Assembly: GCA_964617195.1 (NCBI GenBank)
Contig: CAZTVK010000019.1
Coordinates: 225,019-289,018, forward strand
Length of the DNA: 64,000 bases
DNA from: an uncultured Methanosarcinales archaeon
Lineage (GTDB): Archaea > Nanobdellota > Nanobdellia > Woesearchaeales > ARS49
Direction of reading: 5' to 3'
Made by a program: the position numbers and the translations under genes. The first letter of the stretch is position 1; every line of letters starts with the position of its first letter. Positions 47,931-58,227 of this stretch are shown one piece after another. The notes under the pieces were generated by a model. It ran no database searches. It saw nothing but the letters and a program-made list of their open reading frames with translations, and was not told where the DNA came from.

Positions 47931-48865
47931 TGAAAACAGTACTCGTAACAGGAGGCGCAGGAGCCATCGGCATAAACCTTGTTAACGGACTTCTTGATAA
48001 AGCAGAAAAAATCATAGTAGTTGACGACCTGTCCTCAGGGCATTCAGAGTTCCTAACAAGAAACAAAAAAATAGAGTTCATAAAAGACTCGATAACAGAT
48101 GGTGAGCTCTACGAAAAACTTTCAAAACAACCCATTCAAATTATCTTTCATCTAGCAGCGCACTTTGCCAACCAAAACTCAGTCGAACACCCACGACGGG
48201 ATTTGAAGGTAAACGGCTTGGGAACATTAAAACTGCTAGAATTTGCCGTCAAAAATAAAATTGAAAAATTCGTCTACATTTCATCATCCTGCGTGTACGG
48301 CAACAACCACGACGCAGCGGAAGAAGACCTCAGCAAAATACAACTCGACACGCCCTACGCCATAACAAAATACCTCGGGGAACACTACACTTCATTTTTC
48401 CACGAATATCACAAGCTCAACACAGTCATACTGCGCGTGTTCAATTCATTCGGGCCAGGAGAACTCGGAGGAAAATACAGAAACGTCATACCTAATTTCA
48501 TTGACAATGCTATAAAAGGAAAACCACTCACCATTACCGGCACGGGCAACGAAACACGCGATTTCAACTGGGTAGGAAACGTCGTACAGGCCTGCATATT
48601 GGCAGCAACAAAAGAAAAGGCCAACGGGCAAATGTTCAACATCGGCTCAGGCGTTGAGACAAAAATTATTGACATAGCAAAAACGATACAACGACTGTCA
48701 AAAAATAAGACGCGAATCATATTCAAGCCACGCCGAGACTGGGACAAAGTCCTAAGAAGAAAAGCCAACATAAAACAAGCACAAAAGCTACTAGACTACA
48801 AACCAGAAATAAATCTTCAAAAACACTTCAAAATAACATATGACTGGTACGTTAAACACAAATGA
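47930..48865 (+). CDS. NAD-dependent epimerase/dehydratase (extended SDR)
   Basis: TGGAGAIG, FHLAA, SSSCVYG, YAITK, TRDF. Confidence 0.9.
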   Translation: MKTVLVTGGAGAIGINLVNGLLDKAEKIIVVDDLSSGHSEFLTRNKKIEFIKDSITDGELYEKLSKQPIQIIFHLAAHFANQNSVEHPRRDLKVNGLGTLKLLEFAVKNKIEKFVYISSSCVYGNNHDAAEEDLSKIQLDTPYAITKYLGEHYTSFFHEYHKLNTVILRVFNSFGPGELGGKYRNVIPNFIDNAIKGKPLTITGTGNETRDFNWVGNVVQACILAATKEKANGQMFNIGSGVETKIIDIAKTIQRLSKNKTRIIFKPRRDWDKVLRRKANIKQAQKLLDYKPEINLQKHFKITYDWYVKHK

Positions 48866-49893
48866 AAAAAATAAAGTTCGCCATAATCGGATGCGGAAAA
48901 ATAGGAACAAGACATGCAGAAAAAATGCAATTAGTTCCGGAAGCAGAACTTTACGCTGTCTGCGACGTAATAGAAGCACGAGCCAAAGCCGTAGCAGACA
49001 AATACAAATGCAAATACTACACAGATTACCACGAACTACTGAAAGACAAAAAAATAGAAGTCGTTAACGTCTGCGTGCCAAACGGATTACACGCACAAGT
49101 GTCAATAGATGCAATGGACGCAAAGAAAAACGTTCTCTGCGAAAAACCTATGTGCATTACATTAAAAGATGCAGACAAAATGGTCGAAGCACAAAAAAAG
49201 AACAACGTCAAATTCTTTCTAGTAAAACAAAACAGATACAACCCGCCAATTGTAGCGCTAAAAGAGGCTGTTACAAATAATAAGCTCGGCAAAATCTACA
49301 TGGTAAACAGCACAGTATTCTGGAACAGAAACCAAGCCTACTATGACGAAGAAGCCTGGAGAGGCACAAAAAACATGGATGGAGGAACATTATACACGCA
49401 ATGCAGCCACTTCCTAGACCTCATGCTCTGGCTCGGCGGAGACGTCAAAAGCATACACGCTAAAATGGAACTCTACAACCACGACATAGAAACAGAAGAC
49501 ACAGGAGTAGTGCTGCTAAAATTCAAAAACGGAGCACTTGGAGTATTACAATACACCACCTGCGCCTATGAAAAAAACATGGAAGGCTCCCTCACAGTCA
49601 TGGGCACAAAAGGCAGTGCCAAAGCAGGCGGGCAATACCTCAACGAAATGGAATACTGGAACGTTGAAAACACGCCAATGCCAAAAATAGAAGAAAGCGC
49701 AGAGCCAAACACATACGGAACGTACCAAGGCTCAATGTCAAACCACGACAAAGTCATCGCGCACGTTGCAGATGTACTCTTACACGGCGGAAACCCAGGA
49801 GTACCAGTAGAACAAGGAAGATACTCAGTCAAAATAATGGAAGCAGCATACAAATCAGCACAAACAGGAAAGGAGATAGTGTTCAATGACTGA
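48862..49893 (+). CDS. Gfo/Idh/MocA oxidoreductase, WbpB/WlbA-like sugar 3-dehydrogenase
   Basis: IIGCGKIG, PNGLH, LCEKP, VKQNRYNP, WRGT...DGG...QCSHFLDL. Confidence 0.85.
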   Translation: MKKIKFAIIGCGKIGTRHAEKMQLVPEAELYAVCDVIEARAKAVADKYKCKYYTDYHELLKDKKIEVVNVCVPNGLHAQVSIDAMDAKKNVLCEKPMCITLKDADKMVEAQKKNNVKFFLVKQNRYNPPIVALKEAVTNNKLGKIYMVNSTVFWNRNQAYYDEEAWRGTKNMDGGTLYTQCSHFLDLMLWLGGDVKSIHAKMELYNHDIETEDTGVVLLKFKNGALGVLQYTTCAYEKNMEGSLTVMGTKGSAKAGGQYLNEMEYWNVENTPMPKIEESAEPNTYGTYQGSMSNHDKVIAHVADVLLHGGNPGVPVEQGRYSVKIMEAAYKSAQTGKEIVFND

Positions 49894-50470
49894 CGTCAAG
49901 CTAGGAAAAGGCACAGAAGTACAAGACTTCGTCATAATAGGAGTTTTACCAAAAGAAACAGGCAACAACACTAAAACCATAATCGGCAAAAACTCAGTCA
50001 TACGCTCACACACAGTCATCTACGCAGGAAACAAAATAGGAGACAACTTCCAAACAGGACACGGCGTTAACATACGCGAATACAACACCATTGGAAATAA
50101 TGTCTCAATCGGAACACATTCTATTATCGAACACCACGTAAAAATAGAAGACAACGTACGAATACACAGCGACGCGTTCATTCCAGAATATTCCATTCTA
50201 AAAAAAGGCTGCTGGATAGGCCCAGGCGCAATATTCACCAACGTACGCGTACCATTGGACCCAGAATCAAAGAAAAAAATCAAAGGGCCAACAATAGAAG
50301 AAGGCGCAATAATAGGCGCAGGAGCAATAATCCTTCCCGGAATTACCATAGGAAAAAACGCCCTTGTCGGAGCAGGCTCAGTCGTCACAAAAGACGTTCC
50401 TGCAGGCGCCGTTGTAGTCGGAAACCCGGCTAGAGTAGTCAAGAAAAAAACAGAGATAACAAAAAAATGA
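49886..50470 (+). CDS. Hexapeptide-repeat N-acyltransferase (WbpD-like)
   Basis: Left-handed beta-helix repeats; IGPGAIFTN, VGAGSVVTKDVP, VVGNPARV. Confidence 0.85.
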   Translation: MTDVKLGKGTEVQDFVIIGVLPKETGNNTKTIIGKNSVIRSHTVIYAGNKIGDNFQTGHGVNIREYNTIGNNVSIGTHSIIEHHVKIEDNVRIHSDAFIPEYSILKKGCWIGPGAIFTNVRVPLDPESKKKIKGPTIEEGAIIGAGAIILPGITIGKNALVGAGSVVTKDVPAGAVVVGNPARVVKKKTEITKK

Positions 50471-51555
50471 TACCACTAGTGGATTTGAAAGCACAGTACG
50501 CCACAATCAAAAAAGAGATTGACACGGCCATACAAACAGTCCTCAACAACACTTCTTTTATTCTCGGAGAACACGTAGAAGAATTTGAGAAGAACTTTGC
50601 CAAATACAACAACGCAAAACACTGCGTTGCCCTAAAAAGCGGAACAGCAGCATTACACTTAGCCCTTCTAGCACTCGGCATCAAACCAGGAGATGAAGTA
50701 ATCACAATATCCCACACTTTCATCGCAACAACAGAAGCAATCATACACTCCGGAGCAAAGCCAGTCTTCGTCGACATCAGCCCAGACACTTACCTCATTA
50801 ATACGGACCAAATAGAAAAAGCAATCACGCCAAAGACCAAGGCGATACTGCCAGTAGACATCTACGGGCAAATGGCAGACATGAAGACGCTTAGAAAAAT
50901 CTGCGATAAGCATGGACTTAAGCTAATTGAAGACGCAGCACAAGCCCACGGCGCAGAACAAAACAACGAAAAACCAGGAAAATACGCAGATGTAGCTGCA
51001 TTCAGCTTCTACCCAGGAAAAAACCTCGGCGCATACGGAGACGCAGGCGCAATAATCACAAATAACAACGCACTAGCAGAAAAAATAGCCATGCTTAGAG
51101 ACCATGGACGAAGAAAGGGTGCCAAATACGAACACGAAATCGTCGGCTACAACGAACGCATGGACGGCTTGCAAGGGGCTGTTCTTAATGTAAAACTCAA
51201 ACACCTCGACGCCTGGATAAACAAGCGAAGAAAAATCGCACAACAATATAACAAAGGACTAAACATACAAACACCAGTAGAAGCGCTAGGAAACAAACAC
51301 GCCTACCACTTATACGTCGTCCAGCACGAGAAAAGAGACGCACTACTTGAACACCTAAAGAAAAAAGACATCCAAGCAGGCATACATTACCCAATATCAC
51401 TGCATTTACAGCAAGCGCACAAGGATCTTAAAATAAAAAGCGCATATCCAGCCACTGAAAAAGCAGCAAAACGAATACTCTCACTCCCCATATATCCTGA
51501 AATGACAGACGAACAAATAGCTTTAGTCATAAAAGCGGTGAACGAATTCAAATGA
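50467..51555 (+). CDS. DegT/DnrJ/EryC1/StrS PLP aminotransferase (WbpE-like)
   Basis: MIPLVDL, SGTAAL, IEDAAQAHG, FSFYPGKNLGAYGDAG, GYNERMD, LSLP. Confidence 0.92.
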   Translation: MIPLVDLKAQYATIKKEIDTAIQTVLNNTSFILGEHVEEFEKNFAKYNNAKHCVALKSGTAALHLALLALGIKPGDEVITISHTFIATTEAIIHSGAKPVFVDISPDTYLINTDQIEKAITPKTKAILPVDIYGQMADMKTLRKICDKHGLKLIEDAAQAHGAEQNNEKPGKYADVAAFSFYPGKNLGAYGDAGAIITNNNALAEKIAMLRDHGRRKGAKYEHEIVGYNERMDGLQGAVLNVKLKHLDAWINKRRKIAQQYNKGLNIQTPVEALGNKHAYHLYVVQHEKRDALLEHLKKKDIQAGIHYPISLHLQQAHKDLKIKSAYPATEKAAKRILSLPIYPEMTDEQIALVIKAVNEFK

Positions 51556-52688
51556 AACTCGTCGTCTTTCCAACAGACCCAGTTGAAAGCTATGCCAGAA
51601 AAGGAGAAGTCAAACAAGGATACTACAACCCAGGCAACTTCTTCGACGAAATACACATAATCAACCTCGCACACCAGGACAAAACACTTGACTATTCGGT
51701 AATATCCCAAATGTGCGGCAAAGCAAAATGCCACATCCACTACATGGGACCATGGAAACCCGGCAACATCAGCGCACTCAAGAAAAAAATCATACGAGAA
51801 ATACAAAACATACAACCAGACGCAATACGCGCATACGGCTTACTATTTGAAGGCTACTTCGCCTCACGTGCAGCACGCGCGCTCAATATCCCGCTCGTCA
51901 TATCACTCCATGACAACTACAAAGAATATTTCAAATTCTCATGGGTATTAGAAAAAAACATCCCTAAATGGCTGTTCTTCAAATACTGGCAATACTTCGT
52001 GCTCCCAAGCATAGTACACACCGCAAGCTACGTCATCGCCGTCTACCCCCACGCCATCAGAGGCGTACCAGCAACCATACGCTGCCCATACCAACTAATT
52101 TACAACAAAGTCTACGCAAAACGATTCAAACCAATTAAAGTCAAAAAATATTCACAATTTACGGCAGTCACTGTGGGCAACTTGTTGCACATGAAAGGAA
52201 CATCTGTTCTTTTAGATGTCATACACGGAACAGACGTACGCCTGATAATATTAGGTCAAGGGCCATTAAAACAACAGCTTGTTGAAAAAGCAAAAAGAAA
52301 TGGCGTTGAAAATCAAGTAGAATTCATCGACTCAATACCGAACAAAGACCTGCCAGCATTCTACAACAAAGCACATTGCTTTATAACAGCAATACGACAA
52401 GGAGGCATCGGCATACCAATGATAGAATCAATGGCGTGCGGGCTGCCAATAATACACGGACGACCAATGTACATCGACCATCCAGACCTCTACAACGGAA
52501 AAAACATGCTATTAGTAGACAGCACTCAAGAAGCGCTCAGCAAAGCGCTCACACAGTTCAAAAACAACACAAAAATAAGACAACAATACGCCAAAGAAGG
52601 ACTCAAAACCTTCAAAGAAATCGAAGGCAAGAAAATGGAGAAAAAAGAGGCGGACGTGTACAGGCAAGTTCTCAAGAAAGCTTTATAA
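51552..52688 (+). CDS. GT4 family glycosyltransferase
   Basis: VGNL..MKG, GQGPL, GGIGIPMIESMACGLP. Confidence 0.85.
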   Translation: MKLVVFPTDPVESYARKGEVKQGYYNPGNFFDEIHIINLAHQDKTLDYSVISQMCGKAKCHIHYMGPWKPGNISALKKKIIREIQNIQPDAIRAYGLLFEGYFASRAARALNIPLVISLHDNYKEYFKFSWVLEKNIPKWLFFKYWQYFVLPSIVHTASYVIAVYPHAIRGVPATIRCPYQLIYNKVYAKRFKPIKVKKYSQFTAVTVGNLLHMKGTSVLLDVIHGTDVRLIILGQGPLKQQLVEKAKRNGVENQVEFIDSIPNKDLPAFYNKAHCFITAIRQGGIGIPMIESMACGLPIIHGRPMYIDHPDLYNGKNMLLVDSTQEALSKALTQFKNNTKIRQQYAKEGLKTFKEIEGKKMEKKEADVYRQVLKKAL

Positions 52689-52711
52689 GTATGCTGGAGA
52701 GCAGATTTATC

Positions 52712-53299
52712 ATGATAAAAGTACACCCAACAGCAGAAGTACACCCGGACGCAAAAATAGGCGATGGCACAACAATCTGGAATCACGCACAAGTCAGGGA
52801 AAAGGCAATCTTGGGAAAGAATTGCATTCTAAGCAAAAATGTCTATGTTGACATTGACGTCAAAATAGGCAATAATGTAAAATTACAGAATAATGTCTCT
52901 GTCTACAAAGGCGTCACCATAGAAGACGACGTATTTGTTGGCCCAAATGCGGTCTTTACCAACGATTTGTATCCACGTGCGATAATCTGGGATGAAATAC
53001 GCTTACAAACAACACTAGTCAAAAAAGGAGCAAGTATAGGCGCAGGATCAATCATCATCTGCGGCAAACGTGTTATCGGCGAACATGCAATGGTTGGCTC
53101 AGGAGCAGTAGTCACCAAAAACGTCCCCGCACACGGACTTGTCCTCGGCAATCCAGCACGCCTTGTGGGCTTTGTGTGCACGTGCGGCTACCGATTACAC
53201 GAAAAAACAAAACAGCAACACTCATACCTCATGCACTGTGCGGCATGCAAGAAAGAGATTGATATTCCACTTACCGATTATAGTTTACTGAAAAAATGA
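52712..53299 (+). CDS. WbpD/WlbB-like N-acetyltransferase with C-terminal Cys cluster
   Basis: VHPTAEV...IG.GT.IW, NVKLQNNVSVYKGV, FTNDLYPRA, GNPAR..GFVCTCG...CAAC. Confidence 0.88.
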   Translation: MIKVHPTAEVHPDAKIGDGTTIWNHAQVREKAILGKNCILSKNVYVDIDVKIGNNVKLQNNVSVYKGVTIEDDVFVGPNAVFTNDLYPRAIIWDEIRLQTTLVKKGASIGAGSIIICGKRVIGEHAMVGSGAVVTKNVPAHGLVLGNPARLVGFVCTCGYRLHEKTKQQHSYLMHCAACKKEIDIPLTDYSLLKK

Positions 53300-54393
53300 T
53301 ACCCATCTCAAAACCACTCATCGGCCCAGAAGAAGAAAAAGCAGTACTTGAAGTCCTCAAATCAGGCATGATTGCACAAGGGCCTAAAGTCAAAGAATTC
53401 GAAGAAAAATTTGCAGCATACTGCGGCTCCAAACACGCGATTGCCATGAACTCAGGCACAGCAGCATTGCATGCCTGCATGCACGCACTCGGTCTCAAGC
53501 CAGGAGATGAGGTTATTACAACACCATTCACATTTGTGGCCAGCGCAAACAGCATCCTAATGCAAGGCGCCAAGCCAGTCTTTGCAGACATTGAAGAAGA
53601 AACATTCAACCTCGACACAAAACAAGTTGAAAAGAAAATAACGCCAAAAACCAAAGCCATTCTTACGGTCAACCTCTACGGCCAAATCTGCCACGCACAA
53701 GCATTCAAAGACCTTGCAAAAAAACACAATCTTAAATTAATCGAGGACGCCTGCCAGTCAGTCGGAGCAGAAGCAGACGGCATGAAGTCAGGCGTCATAG
53801 GCGATATTGCTGCTTTTTCCTTCTACGCCACTAAGAACTTAATGTGTGGAGAAGGAGGCATTGTAACTACAAACAATGCAGAATGGGCAGAACTCTGCAA
53901 ACGTTTCAGACACCACGGACAAAGTGAGCAGACACGCTATGAATACTATGATATTGGCTATAATTACCGCATGATGGACCTCGTAGCAGTAATCGGACTG
54001 GCACAATTGGCCAAAATAGATAATTTTACAAAAAAAAGAATAGAAAATGCCACAAAGCTGACAGAAGGGCTAAAAAACATCAAAGAAATCGTAGTGCCAA
54101 AAATACTTCCGAGCAACAAGCACGTCTTCCACCAATACACAATCAAAGTATTGAAAGACAGAGACAAACTTCTTGCACACCTCAAAGAAAAAGGAATAGG
54201 CGCAGGTATTTACTATCCGAAACCACTGCACTTGCACCCACACTTTGCAAAACTCGGATACAAAAAAGGAGATTTCCCAGTGTCAGAGCGAGTTTCAGAA
54301 CAGGTATTATCATTGCCAGTGCATCCAGCGTTAACAGAAGAAGATATTAAGATGATAATTAAAACAATCAAAGACTTCTATGAAAAAGCCTAA
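53296..54393 (+). CDS. DegT-family PLP aminotransferase (second copy)
   Basis: NSGTAALH, IEDACQ, FSFYATKN...GEGG, GYNYRM, LSLPVHP. Confidence 0.92.
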   Translation: MIPISKPLIGPEEEKAVLEVLKSGMIAQGPKVKEFEEKFAAYCGSKHAIAMNSGTAALHACMHALGLKPGDEVITTPFTFVASANSILMQGAKPVFADIEEETFNLDTKQVEKKITPKTKAILTVNLYGQICHAQAFKDLAKKHNLKLIEDACQSVGAEADGMKSGVIGDIAAFSFYATKNLMCGEGGIVTTNNAEWAELCKRFRHHGQSEQTRYEYYDIGYNYRMMDLVAVIGLAQLAKIDNFTKKRIENATKLTEGLKNIKEIVVPKILPSNKHVFHQYTIKVLKDRDKLLAHLKEKGIGAGIYYPKPLHLHPHFAKLGYKKGDFPVSERVSEQVLSLPVHPALTEEDIKMIIKTIKDFYEKA

Positions 54394-55354
54394 TCTCTCA
54401 TTGAAAGGAAAACATGTTTGCGTAACCGGCGGTGCCGGCTTCATTGGCAGCCATGTCGTCGATGCAGTTATAAAAGAACGGCCTGCGTCGATTATCGTAC
54501 TCGACAATCTCTTTCTTGGAAAAGAATCTAATTTGGAGGATGCAAAAAAAGCATATCCCTTGCTTGTTTTCTACAAAATTGACGTTTCAGACTACTCCGC
54601 AACCAAAAAAATCTTTGACAAGCACACCATTGATGTGGTATTCAATCTCGCTGTCCAACCACTGCCCTATTCACTCGAGCATCCACGCGAATGCTTCATG
54701 ACCAATTGCGGCATTACAGCAAACATCTGCGAATTATGCAGGCAGAAGAAGATTACACTGATTCACTTCTCCTCATCAGAGGCGTACGGCACTGCAAAAA
54801 CATCCATTATTGACGAAGACCATCCACTTGATCCAATAACACCCTATGCGGCCAGCAAATCAGGAACAGACCACCTAGTTCTTTCGTACATCAGAACATA
54901 CGGTTTGGATTCCGCCATTGCAAGACCGTTCAACACATACGGTCCGCGACAGAATGAAGGCTCCTATGCGGGTGTCATACCTGCAACAGCCAAAAAACTG
55001 CTTAGCGGTAACCAGCCGGTTATATATGGAGATGGAAAGCAAACGCGCGATTTTGCCTATGTAGAAGACACTGCACAAGCGGCGATTGCCATCTATGCAC
55101 ATCCAGAAACCAGAGGCAGAATATTGAACATCGCGACCGGAGAAGAAGTGACCATTCACGAACTCATACAAACGATACAGAAAATAATGGGGGATAAACA
55201 GGCGATAGCGTTTGAGCCAGACCGTCCCGGTGATGTCCGACGGCTGCGAGGCGACGCGCGTCTTCTCAATACATTAGCAGGATTCAAGCCGCGCATAAAG
55301 TTGGCAGAAGGCCTGAAGAAAACAATTGATTGGTATAAAAAGACGCTAAAGTAA
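54380..55354 (+). CDS. NAD-dependent epimerase/dehydratase
   Basis: TGGAGFIGSH, SSSEAYG, YAASK, RPFNTYGPRQ, GDGKQTRDF, RPGDV. Confidence 0.9.
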   Translation: MKKPNLSLKGKHVCVTGGAGFIGSHVVDAVIKERPASIIVLDNLFLGKESNLEDAKKAYPLLVFYKIDVSDYSATKKIFDKHTIDVVFNLAVQPLPYSLEHPRECFMTNCGITANICELCRQKKITLIHFSSSEAYGTAKTSIIDEDHPLDPITPYAASKSGTDHLVLSYIRTYGLDSAIARPFNTYGPRQNEGSYAGVIPATAKKLLSGNQPVIYGDGKQTRDFAYVEDTAQAAIAIYAHPETRGRILNIATGEEVTIHELIQTIQKIMGDKQAIAFEPDRPGDVRRLRGDARLLNTLAGFKPRIKLAEGLKKTIDWYKKTLK

Positions 55355-55355
55355 C

Positions 55356-56363
55356 CTACATCTTTACGAGAATTTTCTTTGTCCCTGAATTAAGAATTGC
55401 CAATGCAACTTCAACTGCCCGTGCGCCGTCTTCAACCGTTACTTGCGGTTGGATGTTTTTTGTAACAATATCCAAGAAGTGTGAAAGCTCCCTGCTCAAT
55501 GGTTCCTGATTCCTGATAGGATACTTTATTACTTTTCCCTCGCTCACTTTTCCGCCAAACTGTAGTCCTTTGAAGTAATCGGGACTGAGCGGCGTCAGTT
55601 CAGCACCTTCAGCATTCTCATAAAACCATACTTCTTGATTCTGGTAATCTACAGAAAGAATTCCCTTTGTGCCATAAATTTCAATGCTTCTTATACGGCG
55701 CGGAGAAACCCAACTGAATTCACAAGAACCCTTTACTGCGTTTTCAAGCTCCAACATCACGTTTGCATAAATCTCCTGTTCCTTCTCGAACAACAGCTGC
55801 GCGAAAACGCTTGAGATGTGACCGATAAGGTGTTCAACAATATCAACATCATGGACTGCGAGATCAATCAGCACACCTTGTTTTGTGCCAATCAGGCGCT
55901 TTGGATACGGGCCGTTTCTACGCGTCTGGAACAGGTATGGTTTTCCAATATCCTTGATCAGTTCCTGCATCTTTGCAACAGCAGGATTAAACCGCTCAAT
56001 ATGCCCAACCAGCACCTTTGTTTTTGACTTTTTCACCGCCTTTATTATTGCTTCAACATCATCCATGGAGTGCGCCAGCGGCTTTTCGCACAGGATAGCC
56101 TTGCATTTGTCAAGGCACTGTAGCAGTACAGACTTATGTGTTGATGAAGGTGTTGCGATAATTATGCCATCAGGTTTTTCATTTGCCAACATATCAGCCA
56201 AGTCCTTGTACGCTGCACCAATCCCGTATCGAGCAGCAATACTGCCACGTTTTGCATCATCAACTTCAACAACGACAATCCGCGGAGCACTTTCAAGGCT
56301 GGCAAGTACACGGATGTGGTTGGAACCCATTGCGCCGGTTCCGATTACTGCAATGCAAGTCAT
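55356..56363 (-). CDS. Gfo/Idh/MocA oxidoreductase (archaeal UDP-GlcNAc 3-dehydrogenase-like)
   Basis: GTGAMGSNH, LCEKP, VGHIERFNPA, GVLIDLAVHDVD. Confidence 0.85.
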   Translation of the reverse strand: MTCIAVIGTGAMGSNHIRVLASLESAPRIVVVEVDDAKRGSIAARYGIGAAYKDLADMLANEKPDGIIIATPSSTHKSVLLQCLDKCKAILCEKPLAHSMDDVEAIIKAVKKSKTKVLVGHIERFNPAVAKMQELIKDIGKPYLFQTRRNGPYPKRLIGTKQGVLIDLAVHDVDIVEHLIGHISSVFAQLLFEKEQEIYANVMLELENAVKGSCEFSWVSPRRIRSIEIYGTKGILSVDYQNQEVWFYENAEGAELTPLSPDYFKGLQFGGKVSEGKVIKYPIRNQEPLSRELSHFLDIVTKNIQPQVTVEDGARAVEVALAILNSGTKKILVKM

Positions 56364-57103
56364 CGTTTCTTCCGTGCTTTAAAGAAAAGCACATGGCCGA
56401 ATTTTTTCAATGGAGAATTTCCCAAAACCTTATCCAACCCGAAAAGAAAATTTGGGAACTTGACAAGAATGTCAGGATAGCTGAACCGGCATGAGCGGAC
56501 TTCTTCTATCTCGAGCCCTGCTTTTTCAGTAATGCTTACGGTTTTTGAATAAGGACGATAGACACAATAATCAATCTTCCTTTCCGTACCCTGCAAAGTA
56601 CGTAAAACTTTCACTGGGAAACGCAGAACATCATTTATCCATTTTGCGCGCCGATTTGGAGTTGAAAAGACGAATATTCCGCCTGGCTTCAGCGTCCTCT
56701 GCACTTCCTTAAAGATTTTCTTCCAACTTTCTTCTTTCAGAACGTGCACCAGTACATCAATGCAGACTACCACATCAAAGTAATTATCCTTGAAAGGAAG
56801 GTTTGTACCGCTGGTAAGCGCCACTTCATCGTACCCGCGCTTTTTCGCGATTTCTAACCGCTCTTTGCTGATATCAACGCCAATGATGTGTTTCGATTTC
56901 TGCGCGCGCAAAAAAGGATACCATGCACCTATCGAGCATCCCAGATCAAGAACTCTGTCCTTTTTTTCTCCGTGAAGAAGTTTTGCTACAATGCGCTCGC
57001 GTGTCTTCTTGTCATATGCGCAAAAACGCCTGTCAGTATCAAGATTCGTGTCTTCCCACGTATTGCCTATCTTGTTGATATTTTCATATTCGTCTTTTCC
57101 CAT
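56360..57103 (-). CDS. Class I SAM-dependent methyltransferase
   Basis: VLDLGCSIG, GVDIS, LPFKDNYFDVV, RTLKPGG. Confidence 0.88.
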   Translation of the reverse strand: MGKDEYENINKIGNTWEDTNLDTDRRFCAYDKKTRERIVAKLLHGEKKDRVLDLGCSIGAWYPFLRAQKSKHIIGVDISKERLEIAKKRGYDEVALTSGTNLPFKDNYFDVVVCIDVLVHVLKEESWKKIFKEVQRTLKPGGIFVFSTPNRRAKWINDVLRFPVKVLRTLQGTERKIDYCVYRPYSKTVSITEKAGLEIEEVRSCRFSYPDILVKFPNFLFGLDKVLGNSPLKKFGHVLFFKARKKR

Positions 57104-57147
57104 GCTCACAAGTCTACTCAGGGGCGTATTTAAATCTAACGTCTATC

Positions 57148-58227
57148 TTATTTTCGCACAGCGTCTTCATAATGGCGGATTAATTTAGGAATCAGCGCAT
57201 CAGGGCTGTGATATTTCAGCATCCAATCACGCGCCTTCATGCCTATTTTCTTAAGCTCGCGTTTGTGGTCGTATGCACTAGATATTTGCTCAATAATATC
57301 TTCTTTTGTTTTCGCATTAAGTACTGGAGGCATATCGTGATAGCATTCTTTGCCAATCTCCTCGTCAAAATACACCATGACTGACTTTGCACACGACATC
57401 GCCTCTGCTGTGGAAAGACCAAATGAACCGAGCTTGAACTGGTCAACAACAACGTCCGCAGCATTGTACCATTCAATTATCTGCTCCTTACTCAAGAGCG
57501 GAAGAATAGTGATTTTTTTCTCAAGGTTCAATTCCTTGATCAATTCCAATGTTTTGTCCCTGTTGTATGAGTGCGACTTCGGACCAAGATCCACCATAAC
57601 CAAGCGAGCACTTTTCTTCTGACCTATGATTTCAGCAAATCCATGCAATAACATGTCAGTTCCTTTCCCGTTCCAGTCCCATCGCGAACCGCAAAACAAA
57701 AGCAACTGTTCAGAGAATTTTTCCCTCAACGCAGTCTTTCGCGGTGAATATTTATCAGTATCAATACAGAATGGAAAATACTCTGCATTAGTCAGCTTAA
57801 GCTGGTGAACTTGTTTAATTGTATCAGGATTTGTGAAAAAAAGCACTTTTGATCTGCGATATGCTCTTCGCAAAAAGAAACCGCCAACAGTATTTGAGAC
57901 AGCCATCTCACGCAAATCGCTCCCTGTGCTGTGTGAAAACAAGGGCGCTGAGGCGAATTGGCAATACGCTGGTGAAACTGTATACGCATGGATAATATCG
58001 TACCTTTTCAATTTCTGCCTTGCCTGAAATGGAAGCATCCATTGAGGACCCATGTTCCATTCATAGACCCACTCGGGAACAGAACCATCTTCATGCGTCG
58101 GCAGCGCAGTTTTGGTTGTATTCTTATACATGTTAACAAACAAATCAGCTTCAATACCTCTTTTTCTCAGCTCTTTCACAATCGAATAAGCCACATTGCC
58201 CAAATTACCTACGTGCGCAATTCTCAT
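57148..58227 (-). CDS. GT4 family glycosyltransferase
   Basis: HSTGSDLR, IDTDKY, KGTD, ADVVVDQF..GSFGLSTAEAMSC. Confidence 0.85.
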   Translation of the reverse strand: MRIAHVGNLGNVAYSIVKELRKRGIEADLFVNMYKNTTKTALPTHEDGSVPEWVYEWNMGPQWMLPFQARQKLKRYDIIHAYTVSPAYCQFASAPLFSHSTGSDLREMAVSNTVGGFFLRRAYRRSKVLFFTNPDTIKQVHQLKLTNAEYFPFCIDTDKYSPRKTALREKFSEQLLLFCGSRWDWNGKGTDMLLHGFAEIIGQKKSARLVMVDLGPKSHSYNRDKTLELIKELNLEKKITILPLLSKEQIIEWYNAADVVVDQFKLGSFGLSTAEAMSCAKSVMVYFDEEIGKECYHDMPPVLNAKTKEDIIEQISSAYDHKRELKKIGMKARDWMLKYHSPDALIPKLIRHYEDAVRK

